This document shows, piece after piece, positions 8,276 through 17,752 of a DNA stretch of 64,000 nucleotides. This DNA comes from Candidatus Saccharimonadota bacterium. Its GTDB lineage: Bacteria > Patescibacteriota > Saccharimonadia > Saccharimonadales > JAXHNE01. Location: NCBI GenBank assembly GCA_034520885.1, contig JAXHNE010000009.1:66431-130430 (forward strand), read 5' to 3'. The stretch's first letter is position 1. The number at the start of each line of letters is the position of its first letter. The translations under genes were made by a program, and so were the position numbers. The notes under the pieces are model-generated. The model was not told the origin of the DNA, searched no databases, and worked only from the letters and a program-made list of their open reading frames with translations.

Positions 8276-9178
8276 TTAAGAATTCCTTTCGACATATTTT
8301 CGAAGCGAGGCTTCCATAATATCAATGCGCATCACAACGAACGAACCGGCATTTAGTCGGGCAACCGGAGCGAGGCTACTTCCGATCGAGGTCTCTCGTG
8401 GCCGGTTGATTTTATGGAATATATTATTTTTCGTATCCTGATCAGTTTCAACGCTGGCCAATCCATTTATTTGCATAGTGGTAAGCTCGTATTTATCGAA
8501 AACCGTAAAGGCCACCTGTCCGTTAGTTCGTATATTTCGAGCCTTGGTGGTGTCCGATTTCGTGAGTACGTATATCGCTCCGTTCGGTTCAACTACGTAA
8601 CTAACGACCGCACCGTGGACGGTGCCTTCACGATCAATCGTGGAAAGCACCCCGACGTCATTTTTGCCCAAAAACTCAATATCTTCCTCGCCGATAACGT
8701 TGTGTTTTCTTTTTTCGCGAGGCGGTGCTTCGGGCGGTTTATCCATAGTACTTTGCCGTTGCGCATTGCTTGTGTCGCCAAGAAGTTCAATGCGTCTTTT
8801 TTCGATAAAGCTTTGAAACTTATTTAATGCCTTTTGGTTCACGTAACGAAAGGTATAATCACCCATGCGCGTATGCAAAGTGGCAGTCGTAATGATCATT
8901 CCGGTATTGTTGGAACGAAAACCGGAGACAATGTCATATGTGAGTTCGTCGGCGGTAAGAAACAAGGGCTTTTTGTCGATAAATAGAATGCGTCTATCGG
9001 TGGCCACCATCATGGCTGAGCCTTGATTCGTCTGTCCGTAAATGACTCCGCCAATATGTTCATCCTCATGAATGAATCGTGGCAGCTCTTTGGCGCTACG
9101 CTTTGTTAGGCCGTACTTGGTTGCGCCCGCTTCTTTTAACTCTTGGCGGATTCGCTCGCGATGTTTTGCGTCAGACAT
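8276..9178 (-). CDS. bacterial PH-domain (YokE-like) / PNPOx-like fusion protein, paralog 1
   Basis: ATDRRILFIDKKPLF..DELTYDIVSG N-domain; C-terminal GVLSTIDREGTVHGAVVSY split-barrel pattern; SD aaggag; paralog of 24239-25129. Confidence 0.7.
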   Translation of the reverse strand: MSDAKHRERIRQELKEAGATKYGLTKRSAKELPRFIHEDEHIGGVIYGQTNQGSAMMVATDRRILFIDKKPLFLTADELTYDIVSGFRSNNTGMIITTATLHTRMGDYTFRYVNQKALNKFQSFIEKRRIELLGDTSNAQRQSTMDKPPEAPPREKRKHNVIGEEDIEFLGKNDVGVLSTIDREGTVHGAVVSYVVEPNGAIYVLTKSDTTKARNIRTNGQVAFTVFDKYELTTMQINGLASVETDQDTKNNIFHKINRPRETSIGSSLAPVARLNAGSFVVMRIDIMEASLRKYVERNS

Positions 9179-9310
9179 ATCGCTCCTTCTAATCTTAATA
9201 ATAACAGACGGCTATTAGTTAACCTACACTGCTGATTTGCGGGTAGGTTAAGATAGCGCGCGTTCCTAACGACACCAACTTTGCCTCTTAAAAGGTGCTA
9301 TCATTTAAGC

Positions 9311-9844
9311 ATGCAAAATAATACCGAGTATGAAATAAAGATACTTAACGTTGATGTTAATGAACTTCGGGGTAAATTGTTGGCGAACGGATTTAAGGAA
9401 AAGCCGCGGGTGCTATTTAAACGGCGCGTATATGAACTTGATGACGGCGCCTGGTTACGGCTTAGAACCGACGGCAAGAAAACCACGCTGACGTATAAAA
9501 AATCGCACGGCAATGCAATTGACGGCATGGAAGAGGTGGAAACGGAAGTGTCCGACTTTGAAGCCACGCACCAAATTTTAGTTAAAGCCGGTATAGTTGC
9601 TAAGAACTACCAAGAAAACTACCGGACGGAATTTCGTAACGATGAAGTGGAGGTCACCATTGATGAGTGGCCAAAAATACCTCCGTACGCGGAGATAGAA
9701 GGCACTTCGGTTAAAGTCGTGGAAAAGTACTTACGGCAGCTGGACTTGCAAGACTACCAAACGACAAGCAAACCGACATCGCACGTCTACGAACTGGCAA
9801 ATATTGATATCGCCGCGATTAATCAGCTTACTTTTGAAGACTAA
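9311..9844 (+). CDS. CYTH-domain protein (class IV adenylate cyclase / triphosphate tunnel metalloenzyme family)
   Basis: EYEIKIL start motif, RLRTDGKKTTLTYKK, EVEVTIDEWP, YAEIEG; TGcTATCAT box ends 6 nt before ATG 9311. Confidence 0.75.
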   Translation: MQNNTEYEIKILNVDVNELRGKLLANGFKEKPRVLFKRRVYELDDGAWLRLRTDGKKTTLTYKKSHGNAIDGMEEVETEVSDFEATHQILVKAGIVAKNYQENYRTEFRNDEVEVTIDEWPKIPPYAEIEGTSVKVVEKYLRQLDLQDYQTTSKPTSHVYELANIDIAAINQLTFED

Positions 9845-9872
9845 ACGAAGCGTTTAATCAACTACGGGCCGG

Positions 9873-11084
9873 CTATTTTTCAACGAAGGTGAGGGCGTGG
9901 CCGACGCGTCCCGCGCGACCGGCTCGGCCTATTCGGTGTACGTAATCTTCGTATTCTTTGGGGATCGTGTAGTTAATCACGTGGGTTATGTCCGAAACGT
10001 CAATTCCACGGGCGGCCACGTCCGTCGCAATAAGTACGGCGACTTCGTTGCTTTTGAATTTCGCCAAGGCCCGTTTTCGCTGGCCTTGTGATTTGCCGCC
10101 GTGTATGGAATCCGAAGAAAAGCCGCGTTGGGCCAAGTCTTTGCTAAGTTTTTCAACGTTGCGCCGCGTTTCGTTAAAGATCAGGGTTTTTTCCACCCGG
10201 GAGTCGTCCAAAATTCCGTGAAGTTTTTCGATTTTCTCCGATGAAGCGCGGTAATGGACTACGTCTTGGTGAATGTTGTTGCTCGCGACGCTAGTCTTAA
10301 TTTGCACGGTTTGCGGTTCCCGGGCAAAATTATCTATCAGTCGGCGAACCCTATCGTCCATCGTCGCGGAGAAAAACAGCGACTGCCTGTTAGCGGATAC
10401 ATTACTGAGTATTTCGGTAACGTCGTTTACGAACCCCATGTCCAGCATTCGGTCGACTTCATCCAAAACAATTTTATTAAAAAAACCGAGTTTTAACGTT
10501 CGTCTTTGGATGTGGTCTTTGATCCTGCCCGGCGTGCCAATAACTATTCTTGGCCTTCGTTTTAGTTCGTTTATTTGTTTGCCCATGTTGCTGCCGCCGA
10601 TAAGTAGCGCGTCGTTGATCCGCGTATTTTTGGCGAACGAACGGAACTCACTGCGTATCTGTTCCGCGAGTTCACGGGTGGGCGCAACCACGAGTGCTTG
10701 CGTGGACGTGTCCGTAAGCATTTGGTTTAGAATCGGCAACGAAAACGCCGCCGTTTTACCCGTTCCCGTGCCGGCTATGCCGATAATATCTTTTCCGGTC
10801 ATTGCCAACGGAATGGCTTGGTCCTGAATCGGGGAGGGTTCTATGTACTTTTTTTCAATCAAGTTGGCGTTGATTACCGGCTCAAAACCAAAATCCATAA
10901 AACTATGTTTCGGCGTAAACTCCTCAACCTCCAAAGGCGTGGCGACATTGATAAATCGGCGCGGATCTATATACGATCCACGATTACTGTTATTTTTGCG
11001 GTGTTTGTTGCCGCCAAAACTGCGGGAACGGTTTCGCGCGCTACGGCGCCCTGACGTTCCATGTGAACGATATGCGTAAGGCAT
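9873..11084 (-). CDS. DEAD-box ATP-dependent RNA helicase
   Basis: Q-motif, AGTGTGKTAAF, DEVD, SAT, HRIGRAGRAG motifs; RG-rich N-terminus. Confidence 0.95.
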   Translation of the reverse strand: MPYAYRSHGTSGRRSARNRSRSFGGNKHRKNNSNRGSYIDPRRFINVATPLEVEEFTPKHSFMDFGFEPVINANLIEKKYIEPSPIQDQAIPLAMTGKDIIGIAGTGTGKTAAFSLPILNQMLTDTSTQALVVAPTRELAEQIRSEFRSFAKNTRINDALLIGGSNMGKQINELKRRPRIVIGTPGRIKDHIQRRTLKLGFFNKIVLDEVDRMLDMGFVNDVTEILSNVSANRQSLFFSATMDDRVRRLIDNFAREPQTVQIKTSVASNNIHQDVVHYRASSEKIEKLHGILDDSRVEKTLIFNETRRNVEKLSKDLAQRGFSSDSIHGGKSQGQRKRALAKFKSNEVAVLIATDVAARGIDVSDITHVINYTIPKEYEDYVHRIGRAGRAGRVGHALTFVEK

Positions 11085-11287
11085 TATTGAATCTTTCTTT
11101 TATGTAGTGATTGATTGCCCGATGAAGCCAATACAATTACTAGTAAATCGGATTCAATAAACAATTAAGTCAAATAATACCACCAATTTAACAAAATTCA
11201 AACCGGAAAGTACCGATTTTAATTTAATAACTCAGTCGGTTTTATAATCTTTCTTTTCAACTTTAATTTGCTACGATAAAGGTAAAT

Positions 11288-12199
11288 ATGAAAAGTAAAA
11301 CCGGTCTTTGGATATTCCTGCTTGCCTCTCCCGTACCTTTGTTGCTGCTCACGTTATTTATTACGAGCGGCGCCAGATCAACGGGTGAATCCGAGCAATC
11401 AATAATTACCGTTCTGGCTATGGTCGTCGGAATGTTCTCCGTTGTTTCCTTGTTGTTGTTTCCTTTGTGGGTCATCTTGTTGGTTAAATCGCTAAAGCAA
11501 CGTCCAGTTCCACGGGACCAAGTCTCTTACGCGCAAAATACGTCGCCTATTGAAGACGAGTTTTCCCAGCTGACCCCGCCAGAAATTCCAGAAGAGTCAC
11601 CCGACAAGTTGAACGGAAAGAAGATAGCCGTTTCTCTTTTGTTGGTCGTAATCGTACTGGTTGCTCTCGTAGGTTTGGGAAATATTTTTGTGAACATCTC
11701 TAGTAACACCGCGTCTTTCCCTGGATTTATTGATTCCAAAGAGACAACGGGAAGCAAAACGGATGAAGAAAACAACAATGAAACATCGTCAGCATCTCGT
11801 GAGAACAAAACCGACCTCTCGGATTTAAGTGAAGAAGACAAGAAGAAATGGGACTTGCATTACGGGCTGCAAGGTAGATTATTGGCACACGCAGCTAATA
11901 ACGGTTCATACCCAGGCGCATCAGCGTCGGGCTGGAACGCGTTTGTAGCTGAATCACGAGAAAACAGTAAGTCCAACGATCCCAACAATGAGTTAAGTAC
12001 CGAGGATCCTTTCATAGATCCGCACACTAACACCACCTATAAATTTACGACACAAACCCCTGGTTACGGGGAGATTCAATATCGTTCGCCTTCATCTTGT
12101 GTCCCCGGTGGTAGTGATTTTGCTAAAACCAAAACCGCTAATACCTATGCGTTTCGGCTAAAATATTCGGACGGAATTCGGTGCGCGACGAATATCTAA
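11288..12199 (+). CDS. secreted/membrane-anchored hypothetical protein
   Basis: 303-aa ORF with N-terminal TM helices and low-complexity linker. Confidence 0.5.
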   Translation: MKSKTGLWIFLLASPVPLLLLTLFITSGARSTGESEQSIITVLAMVVGMFSVVSLLLFPLWVILLVKSLKQRPVPRDQVSYAQNTSPIEDEFSQLTPPEIPEESPDKLNGKKIAVSLLLVVIVLVALVGLGNIFVNISSNTASFPGFIDSKETTGSKTDEENNNETSSASRENKTDLSDLSEEDKKKWDLHYGLQGRLLAHAANNGSYPGASASGWNAFVAESRENSKSNDPNNELSTEDPFIDPHTNTTYKFTTQTPGYGEIQYRSPSSCVPGGSDFAKTKTANTYAFRLKYSDGIRCATNI

Positions 12200-12249
12200 G
12201 CAGTATCCTCACCGTCGCTCGGGTTGTCGCGCGATAATCGGTGATTAGC

Positions 12250-13041
12250 TTAGCTTGAGTAAAGTTGTAAAACTCTGCTACCAATCGGCAACCAGTTGGC
12301 TTGCTCTGCTTTGTGGCGAATCATTTCACCAAACGTATCAACGAAACTTGCTCTATATTTTGTGGTCAGCTCATCTTTTTGTGCACCCAATTTATTAACA
12401 GTTTTGATTTCGGCGAAAAGATCATGGGTAGCCGCGGTGACATGAGCCGCGTCTTGGAAAAGGGGCTCGTTATCGGCGATGACTCGCGCAACGTTAGCTT
12501 CTTGGCCTCTCTGCAGCGCAATGGAATTTGCCGCAAATAAATTATGATCGAACTTACCAAGCCAAAATTTCAATAAGTCAGGATCTTTCGCGTCACCGGT
12601 TTTAAGTAAACCCTCTTCATAATAATTTGCGCCCGGGTTTACAAGCGGTTCCTTGCGAATAATATCACCTACAAGATACGGGTTAGTTATTCGAGCAACG
12701 GCCGATCTAGCATAAAAGAAATTGTCCCGCAGCAGCGGGCGCATGGCTTCATCGCGAACCCTTTCTTTAACGTCGTCACTGGCAGTATCGTAACTATTAG
12801 TCATGATATCCACCAGTCTCGCTCTCGACAAAGAATCGGGACCTCCCGTAAGGGAACGAACTTGGGTACTGTCTCCGGATGCGACCCGTTCAAGTTCTTC
12901 AGCAAACTCCGTATACCTATCCGTGGCAGCAACAATGTCACGATCAACAAGTTCCTGAAACTCGCTGACTACTTGCTCTTGCGACATCAAGCCTAGTTCC
13001 AGGCCGATCATAGTATCGTCGTTGTCCAAATACTCGCTCAT
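12250..13041 (-). CDS. hypothetical protein
   Basis: Long ORF; ATG 13041 preferred over TTG 13056 (-10-like gatact ends 6 nt upstream). Confidence 0.5.
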   Translation of the reverse strand: MSEYLDNDDTMIGLELGLMSQEQVVSEFQELVDRDIVAATDRYTEFAEELERVASGDSTQVRSLTGGPDSLSRARLVDIMTNSYDTASDDVKERVRDEAMRPLLRDNFFYARSAVARITNPYLVGDIIRKEPLVNPGANYYEEGLLKTGDAKDPDLLKFWLGKFDHNLFAANSIALQRGQEANVARVIADNEPLFQDAAHVTAATHDLFAEIKTVNKLGAQKDELTTKYRASFVDTFGEMIRHKAEQANWLPIGSRVLQLYSS

Positions 13042-13166
13042 GTTTTCAGTATCCAACTTCGTTAAATTTTAGGCAAGCATAAGAAGTAAAGAAGCCCGGT
13101 CTGGGAACCGGGACTTCTAAAGACCTAAAGGTCAAGCTTTTGATGAAAAGTTTATTGTATTGCGAA

Positions 13167-13739
13167 CTATTTGTCGGTTTTGTCGCTGCCTTTTACGGCT
13201 GACTCAATCACGTCACGCGGTAGTGAGGCAGTAGATAGTAGGGCATCACGAACCGTGTCCACGGCGTCGCCACCAACACTTGTAGCCGCGTCGAGTGCAC
13301 CGCCAACGGCTGACTTGGCTGCTTCTGATGTATCACCACCTACGTCGCCGGCCGCTTTAACGGCTCCTTGAACTGCCGAAACGGCAGCAGCGCCAATATC
13401 GCCACCGGTATCAGCGGTGCCTTTTACGATTCCTTCCGCGCCACCGCGGATCGCGCCAATTACATCTCCACCAACTTCGCTGGCGCCATTTACCACGCCA
13501 CTCATGGTGCTTGTCGCGGTATCGGTCAGCGATGCGCCGACTTCTCCCGCACCTTTAATTGCGCCAGCGGCAACTGAGGCGACTGACTCTACGGCGGTTC
13601 CGGCCACTTCGCCAGTGCCTTGTAGCACGTTTACTACTTGGTTCTTAACTGTCCCCGTAACCGCGCTTAAGATGTTATCTACACCCTTAACCGCTGATGC
13701 CACCGCATCGGTTGCTTCCTGTACTATTTTTGCTAACAT
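13167..13739 (-). CDS. Ala/Gly/Val/Asp-rich repeat protein, hypothetical
   Basis: iterated G-x-(E/D)-V-G-G-D-x3-A units; SD ggagga; overlapping same-region ORFs are compositional artefacts. Confidence 0.55.
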   Translation of the reverse strand: MLAKIVQEATDAVASAVKGVDNILSAVTGTVKNQVVNVLQGTGEVAGTAVESVASVAAGAIKGAGEVGASLTDTATSTMSGVVNGASEVGGDVIGAIRGGAEGIVKGTADTGGDIGAAAVSAVQGAVKAAGDVGGDTSEAAKSAVGGALDAATSVGGDAVDTVRDALLSTASLPRDVIESAVKGSDKTDK

Positions 13740-13957
13740 AATGTTTCCTCCATTTTAGTTGTACATACAGTTTAACATGCCACGCTACTCAGGAGGGGTT
13801 TTCTAGGCGATCGAGTAAGCACAGTCAGCTGCAAAAAAGCACCACCATTCTTTTTTAGTAGTACGAAGTCACCATCAAGCAGACCCTGAAATAATTTAAA
13901 AATTTGCTAGTTTTTGTCGAAGAATAGACGCCTTAAATAAGGATCAAACGTATAAAC

Positions 13958-14000
13958 GCACGAACTCCGAGTTAAATCGGAGTTAACTCGGAGTTCGTGC
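13958..14000. repeat. palindromic element copy 1 (18-bp perfect stem, 7-nt loop)
   Basis: gcacgaactccgagttaa-atcggag-ttaactcggagttcgtgc; core recurs at 55670-55702. Confidence 0.9.
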
Positions 14001-14081
14001 TTGCAGAACGGCAAAAAACGTAGTACACGCCTAAAAAATTAATTTTAGTGAACAGGTAAGTCAGTGTTAGGGCAGCCTATG

Positions 14082-14594
14082 CTATAAGCAGTAGCCTTGA
14101 TAGCCCGTCCCGGTGGTCGTCTCAAGAAAATAACCAACGCTGTAGGTTTGTTTTATGCCTGACTGTGCGGGTATGGTCGTGGGGCTGTCATGACACTCTA
14201 CACCAAATAGCCAATTAGGTTCGTCAATAGTTGGAATTACTTTATCGCCATCTCCGCCCGCTCCACCCGCTTTTCCGTAATGGAATCCCGTGTAGATCGA
14301 TAAGGTGTTAACGTCTAAGGGGATGTCATCCTCATGGTCGCAACTGGTTACGTTGTTAGCGTTATAAGTTAGACATTCGGCAACAGCGGTATGCAGTAAG
14401 CGTGCATCGTTTTTTCGTTGGTTGTTGCGCGCGTTTCGTTGCAGCGCAGGTACTGCCAAAAACACGATTAACAAAATGAGCCCGGCAATTGCAAGCACGA
14501 TTAATACTTCCACGATGGTAAAACCAGATGTTTGTTTGCCAGATTTGGTTATATTTGATCGCCGTTTTTTATGCATAACCACCACGTAGCTCAT
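14082..14594 (-). CDS. type IV pilin-like protein (prepilin N-terminal methylation motif)
   Basis: GFTIVEVLIVLAIAGLILLIV class-III signal/methylation motif. Confidence 0.8.
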   Translation of the reverse strand: MSYVVVMHKKRRSNITKSGKQTSGFTIVEVLIVLAIAGLILLIVFLAVPALQRNARNNQRKNDARLLHTAVAECLTYNANNVTSCDHEDDIPLDVNTLSIYTGFHYGKAGGAGGDGDKVIPTIDEPNWLFGVECHDSPTTIPAQSGIKQTYSVGYFLETTTGTGYQGYCL

Positions 14595-14699
14595 ATTTTA
14601 ATACGTTTTCACGATTATGCTTAATTTTACCAAAAGAAGGGCTATTTTATTTGCCGCAAAAGTTGTGACTTGGACTGGCGAATAGCCCCAAGCAGCTAC

Positions 14700-15083
14700 T
14701 TATAAACTGCTGACGTGTTTTCCACCCTGAGTAGATAGCTTTTTATCAAATGTTACGAGTTTATTGGCGTAGGCGTTGGCTTCTGATGCAGCGTAACAAT
14801 CTACTATCGAAAGCGACGGGCTACGTTCGTACAGTGCTAGGGTTTTTATCAAAAAATAGGGGTTATGGACAACGTTCGAAAAGCCCAAGAAATCTGTAAC
14901 TAACTTTGTGATGTCTTTACGTGGCAGTAGTATCACTTTTTCTAGTACGTAAATAGTCTCAACAACTACGACATCGGTTACATACACCTTGTTTTTGCTA
15001 ATAATATTCGTAGCTTTTTTGGTTTGCGTTGGAACATCATCAAGCAAAAATCGTAAAACTACGTTCGTGTCTAGGCTAATCAT
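14700..15083 (-). CDS. vapC: PIN-domain toxin VapC
   Basis: MISLDTNVVLRFLLDD N-terminal acidic PIN motif, 127 aa, overlaps upstream antitoxin by 8 nt. Confidence 0.8.
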   Translation of the reverse strand: MISLDTNVVLRFLLDDVPTQTKKATNIISKNKVYVTDVVVVETIYVLEKVILLPRKDITKLVTDFLGFSNVVHNPYFLIKTLALYERSPSLSIVDCYAASEANAYANKLVTFDKKLSTQGGKHVSSL

Positions 15084-15345
15084 CGTAGTCTGCTACCCAA
15101 GCCTTGGAGGCAGCTTGGCGCAGTGAATCACCGGAAAGACCCTTTAGGTGGTTGGGTATGTTGTTGGTAATTTTTGCTCTGGTGGCTTCAAAAGCTTTCA
15201 TATCTGTGCCAGCCTTTAGTACAATCTGGTTATCTTTATTTAACGCCACCTCAAGTTTTTGACCAGTTTTAAGCCCCAGTGCCTTACGCAATGGTGCAGC
15301 GATTGTAACGGTGCCTTTACTAGTAACAGTTGTGTTGTATGTCAT
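15076..15345 (-). CDS. vapB: AbrB/SpoVT-type antitoxin VapB
   Basis: KGTVTIAAPLRKALGLKTGQKLEV swapped-hairpin motif; 89 aa. Confidence 0.75.
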   Translation of the reverse strand: MTYNTTVTSKGTVTIAAPLRKALGLKTGQKLEVALNKDNQIVLKAGTDMKAFEATRAKITNNIPNHLKGLSGDSLRQAASKAWVADYDD

Positions 15346-15373
15346 GTATTACATTGTAACATATGTAATACAT
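15344..15373. promoter_or_regulatory. 11-bp perfect inverted repeat over the vapB start (putative autoregulatory operator)
   Basis: atgtattacat-N8-atgtaatacat read directly. Confidence 0.5.
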
Positions 15374-15474
15374 TTTTGAAACGTATTACGATTCTTTTGG
15401 AGAAGCTTACCAACAAGCTTTACTCAGAATGTCGCACAAACAGACCAAGATTCAATGACATCAGTTTTCCGAAA

Positions 15475-16677
15475 TCAGGAAACTTCTGTCACTAAGGTTT
15501 TCTCAAGAATCTTTTTATATGAGTCTTTTAGTTTCTCAAGAGCGTCTACAGGGATGTGTTCATTTGCCTCGTGGATACCCGCACCTTGAACACCAAGCTC
15601 AACAACATGAGCGCCAAGTGCAGCAATCACGCCCCCATCAGATGTGCCACCACCACCTGATAACTCCGGTACTAAACCGGTCATTTCCTTAACTGCACTA
15701 CTTACCAGTTTTACGAACGGAGAATTGCTAGGTGTCGCATACGGCTCACCGCTAAGTGACCAAGTGTATTCAAACCTGTCGCCATTCGGCATTCGTTCTT
15801 TTGCGACTACGTCATAGGTCTCATCTGCGATACGTTCAAACAATGACCTAATAGAATCTCCGGAACTTGCCGGGTTATTTCTCCAGTTTGCCCTAATGAC
15901 AGCTCGCCCGGACACCATATTTTCTAACTCAAAACCACCATCAATAGTCCATGATTTAAAACTAGTTCCTGGGAAACGCGGATCAGGGTCGTCATCCCAT
16001 GTTGTCATTGCTGCGTGACTTTGTAGTCGAAACGCAATTTCGCCGGCATCAATGCCATTATCTTTTGCTACATGTCCAACCAGACCATTAATTACCAACT
16101 CTTTTAAATGGAAAGAACCTCGCCGAGCTACATAGATCCTGTCGCCGACCTTTTCTACGCTTGAAGCTTCGCCAACTATTGCATAGTCAATAGTTTGATC
16201 CTCACGCCTTAACTCCTCGATAACGACTTGTGTGCCATCCGTTCTATCTGCCTCTTCATCACTTGTGATGAGAAAAGCGAGTCTACCCCGAAGCTCTTCA
16301 GGTTTATGTTCAGTAAGAAATTCTTGTGTTGCTACTACCATGGCAGCCAGTGAGCCTTTCATGTCGGCTACACCCCTACCATAAATTTGGCCATCTAGTT
16401 CTGTTAGGTCAAAAGGGTTTATCCTGACACCATTCATGCTCCAGTCTTCAAGGCTGCCGGGTTTCACAACGTCAGTGTGGCCAGCAAAAACGAGAGTCGG
16501 TCCTTCACCAAAATCTTTTTCCGCCCATGTATTCGAAGTGTTATTTCGTGAATGATCAACAATATTGAAGGACAAAGCGTCTAGGTGTGTATTGATAATG
16601 TCTTGACAACCCGCGTCGTCAGGACTCAAACTTTCCCGTTGTATCAAATCAGACGCGAGGTCGATAACTTCTGCCAT
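15475..16677 (-). CDS. M20 family metallopeptidase (DapE/ArgE-like)
   Basis: GHTDVV, GRGVADMKGSLAAM, ITSDEE motifs. Confidence 0.8.
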   Translation of the reverse strand: MAEVIDLASDLIQRESLSPDDAGCQDIINTHLDALSFNIVDHSRNNTSNTWAEKDFGEGPTLVFAGHTDVVKPGSLEDWSMNGVRINPFDLTELDGQIYGRGVADMKGSLAAMVVATQEFLTEHKPEELRGRLAFLITSDEEADRTDGTQVVIEELRREDQTIDYAIVGEASSVEKVGDRIYVARRGSFHLKELVINGLVGHVAKDNGIDAGEIAFRLQSHAAMTTWDDDPDPRFPGTSFKSWTIDGGFELENMVSGRAVIRANWRNNPASSGDSIRSLFERIADETYDVVAKERMPNGDRFEYTWSLSGEPYATPSNSPFVKLVSSAVKEMTGLVPELSGGGGTSDGGVIAALGAHVVELGVQGAGIHEANEHIPVDALEKLKDSYKKILEKTLVTEVS

Positions 16678-16747
16678 GCTACCTATAAAACACTAACATT
16701 TAGGATATAGCAAGCATGAGCAAAATAAAAAGAGTTTAGTCTTTGAG

Positions 16748-16774
16748 GTTGCAAAAGATATGACTTGGGCTAGG
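16748..16774. repeat. 27-nt perfect repeat copy 1 (gttgcaaaagatatgacttgggctagg)
   Basis: identical to 18456-18482; degenerate copy 14651-14678. Confidence 0.9.
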
Positions 16775-16897
16775 TAGCTAGGGGTCTTTTGTTATTAAAT
16801 AACTGTGCGACTAGTACTTTACCTGGAAGTATTTTATGGAACAAACAGCAAACTCTAGTAGCGAGAACCAATACAGAAATGACGTTGCTAGAGAGAC

Positions 16898-17632
16898 TTA
16901 GGCAATTCTAGATTCTTGGTCTAATACGTAACTTTTTGATTCATCCCCGCCGTCTGCTGAGATAACCGTACCATTAATATAGGCAGACTTTTCTGATAGC
17001 AGAAATTCAATAATATTTGCTATATCACCGTAATCTCCAAGCTTATTTAATGGATTATAGCTCTTGGCTATTTCAAGTACTTCTCTAGGCGCCTGCATCC
17101 CATCACCTATCCAACCCGGAGCGATAGCGTTGACCCTAATATCCCTCTGCGCCAAGCAGAGTGATAGGCTTCTTGTTAAGCTTTCAACAGTAGCTTTACT
17201 TGCCGCATAGCCCATGCCAGATGTAGAGCCAACCTTTGAGTCAGTGCTCGAGATGTTAACTATACTTGAACCATCTTTAAGCTGTCCCTGGAGTTTGCTT
17301 ACAAGGTAAAGAGGGGAAAATGCGTTAACCTTAAAATTTAATTCAAGCGCGTCGTATTTATAGGAGTTAAAATCAACTTCTTCAAATATTCCTGCTGAAT
17401 TAACTATTCCATCGAGTCTATTTTTTATGTTTGAGACTAATTTATCGACAGAACTATACTCCACCAAATCAAGCTGTACCATTTGCAAATTTTTATTACT
17501 TTTTTCGAGTTTAGCAGCTTTCTCAGAATTACCGTTGTATGTCCCGATTACTTGGTGGCCATTTTCAAGAAGAATTAACGTGGTCGCAAGGCCTATTCCG
17601 CGTGACGCGCCAGTTACAAGATAAGTATTCAT
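16898..17632 (-). CDS. short-chain dehydrogenase/reductase (SDR)
   Basis: TGASRGIG cofactor motif and YAASKA catalytic motif. Confidence 0.9.
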   Translation of the reverse strand: MNTYLVTGASRGIGLATTLILLENGHQVIGTYNGNSEKAAKLEKSNKNLQMVQLDLVEYSSVDKLVSNIKNRLDGIVNSAGIFEEVDFNSYKYDALELNFKVNAFSPLYLVSKLQGQLKDGSSIVNISSTDSKVGSTSGMGYAASKATVESLTRSLSLCLAQRDIRVNAIAPGWIGDGMQAPREVLEIAKSYNPLNKLGDYGDIANIIEFLLSEKSAYINGTVISADGGDESKSYVLDQESRIA

Positions 17633-17752
17633 TACTTAATCATAACATCAAACAAAAAAAGACTTCAGTCTCTGTTAATTATACTGCCTATGCTTGGTAG
17701 AGCATATCGGTCTGTGCTTTCAGTTGCTTCGCTAAGGAAGCTTGTATTACAA

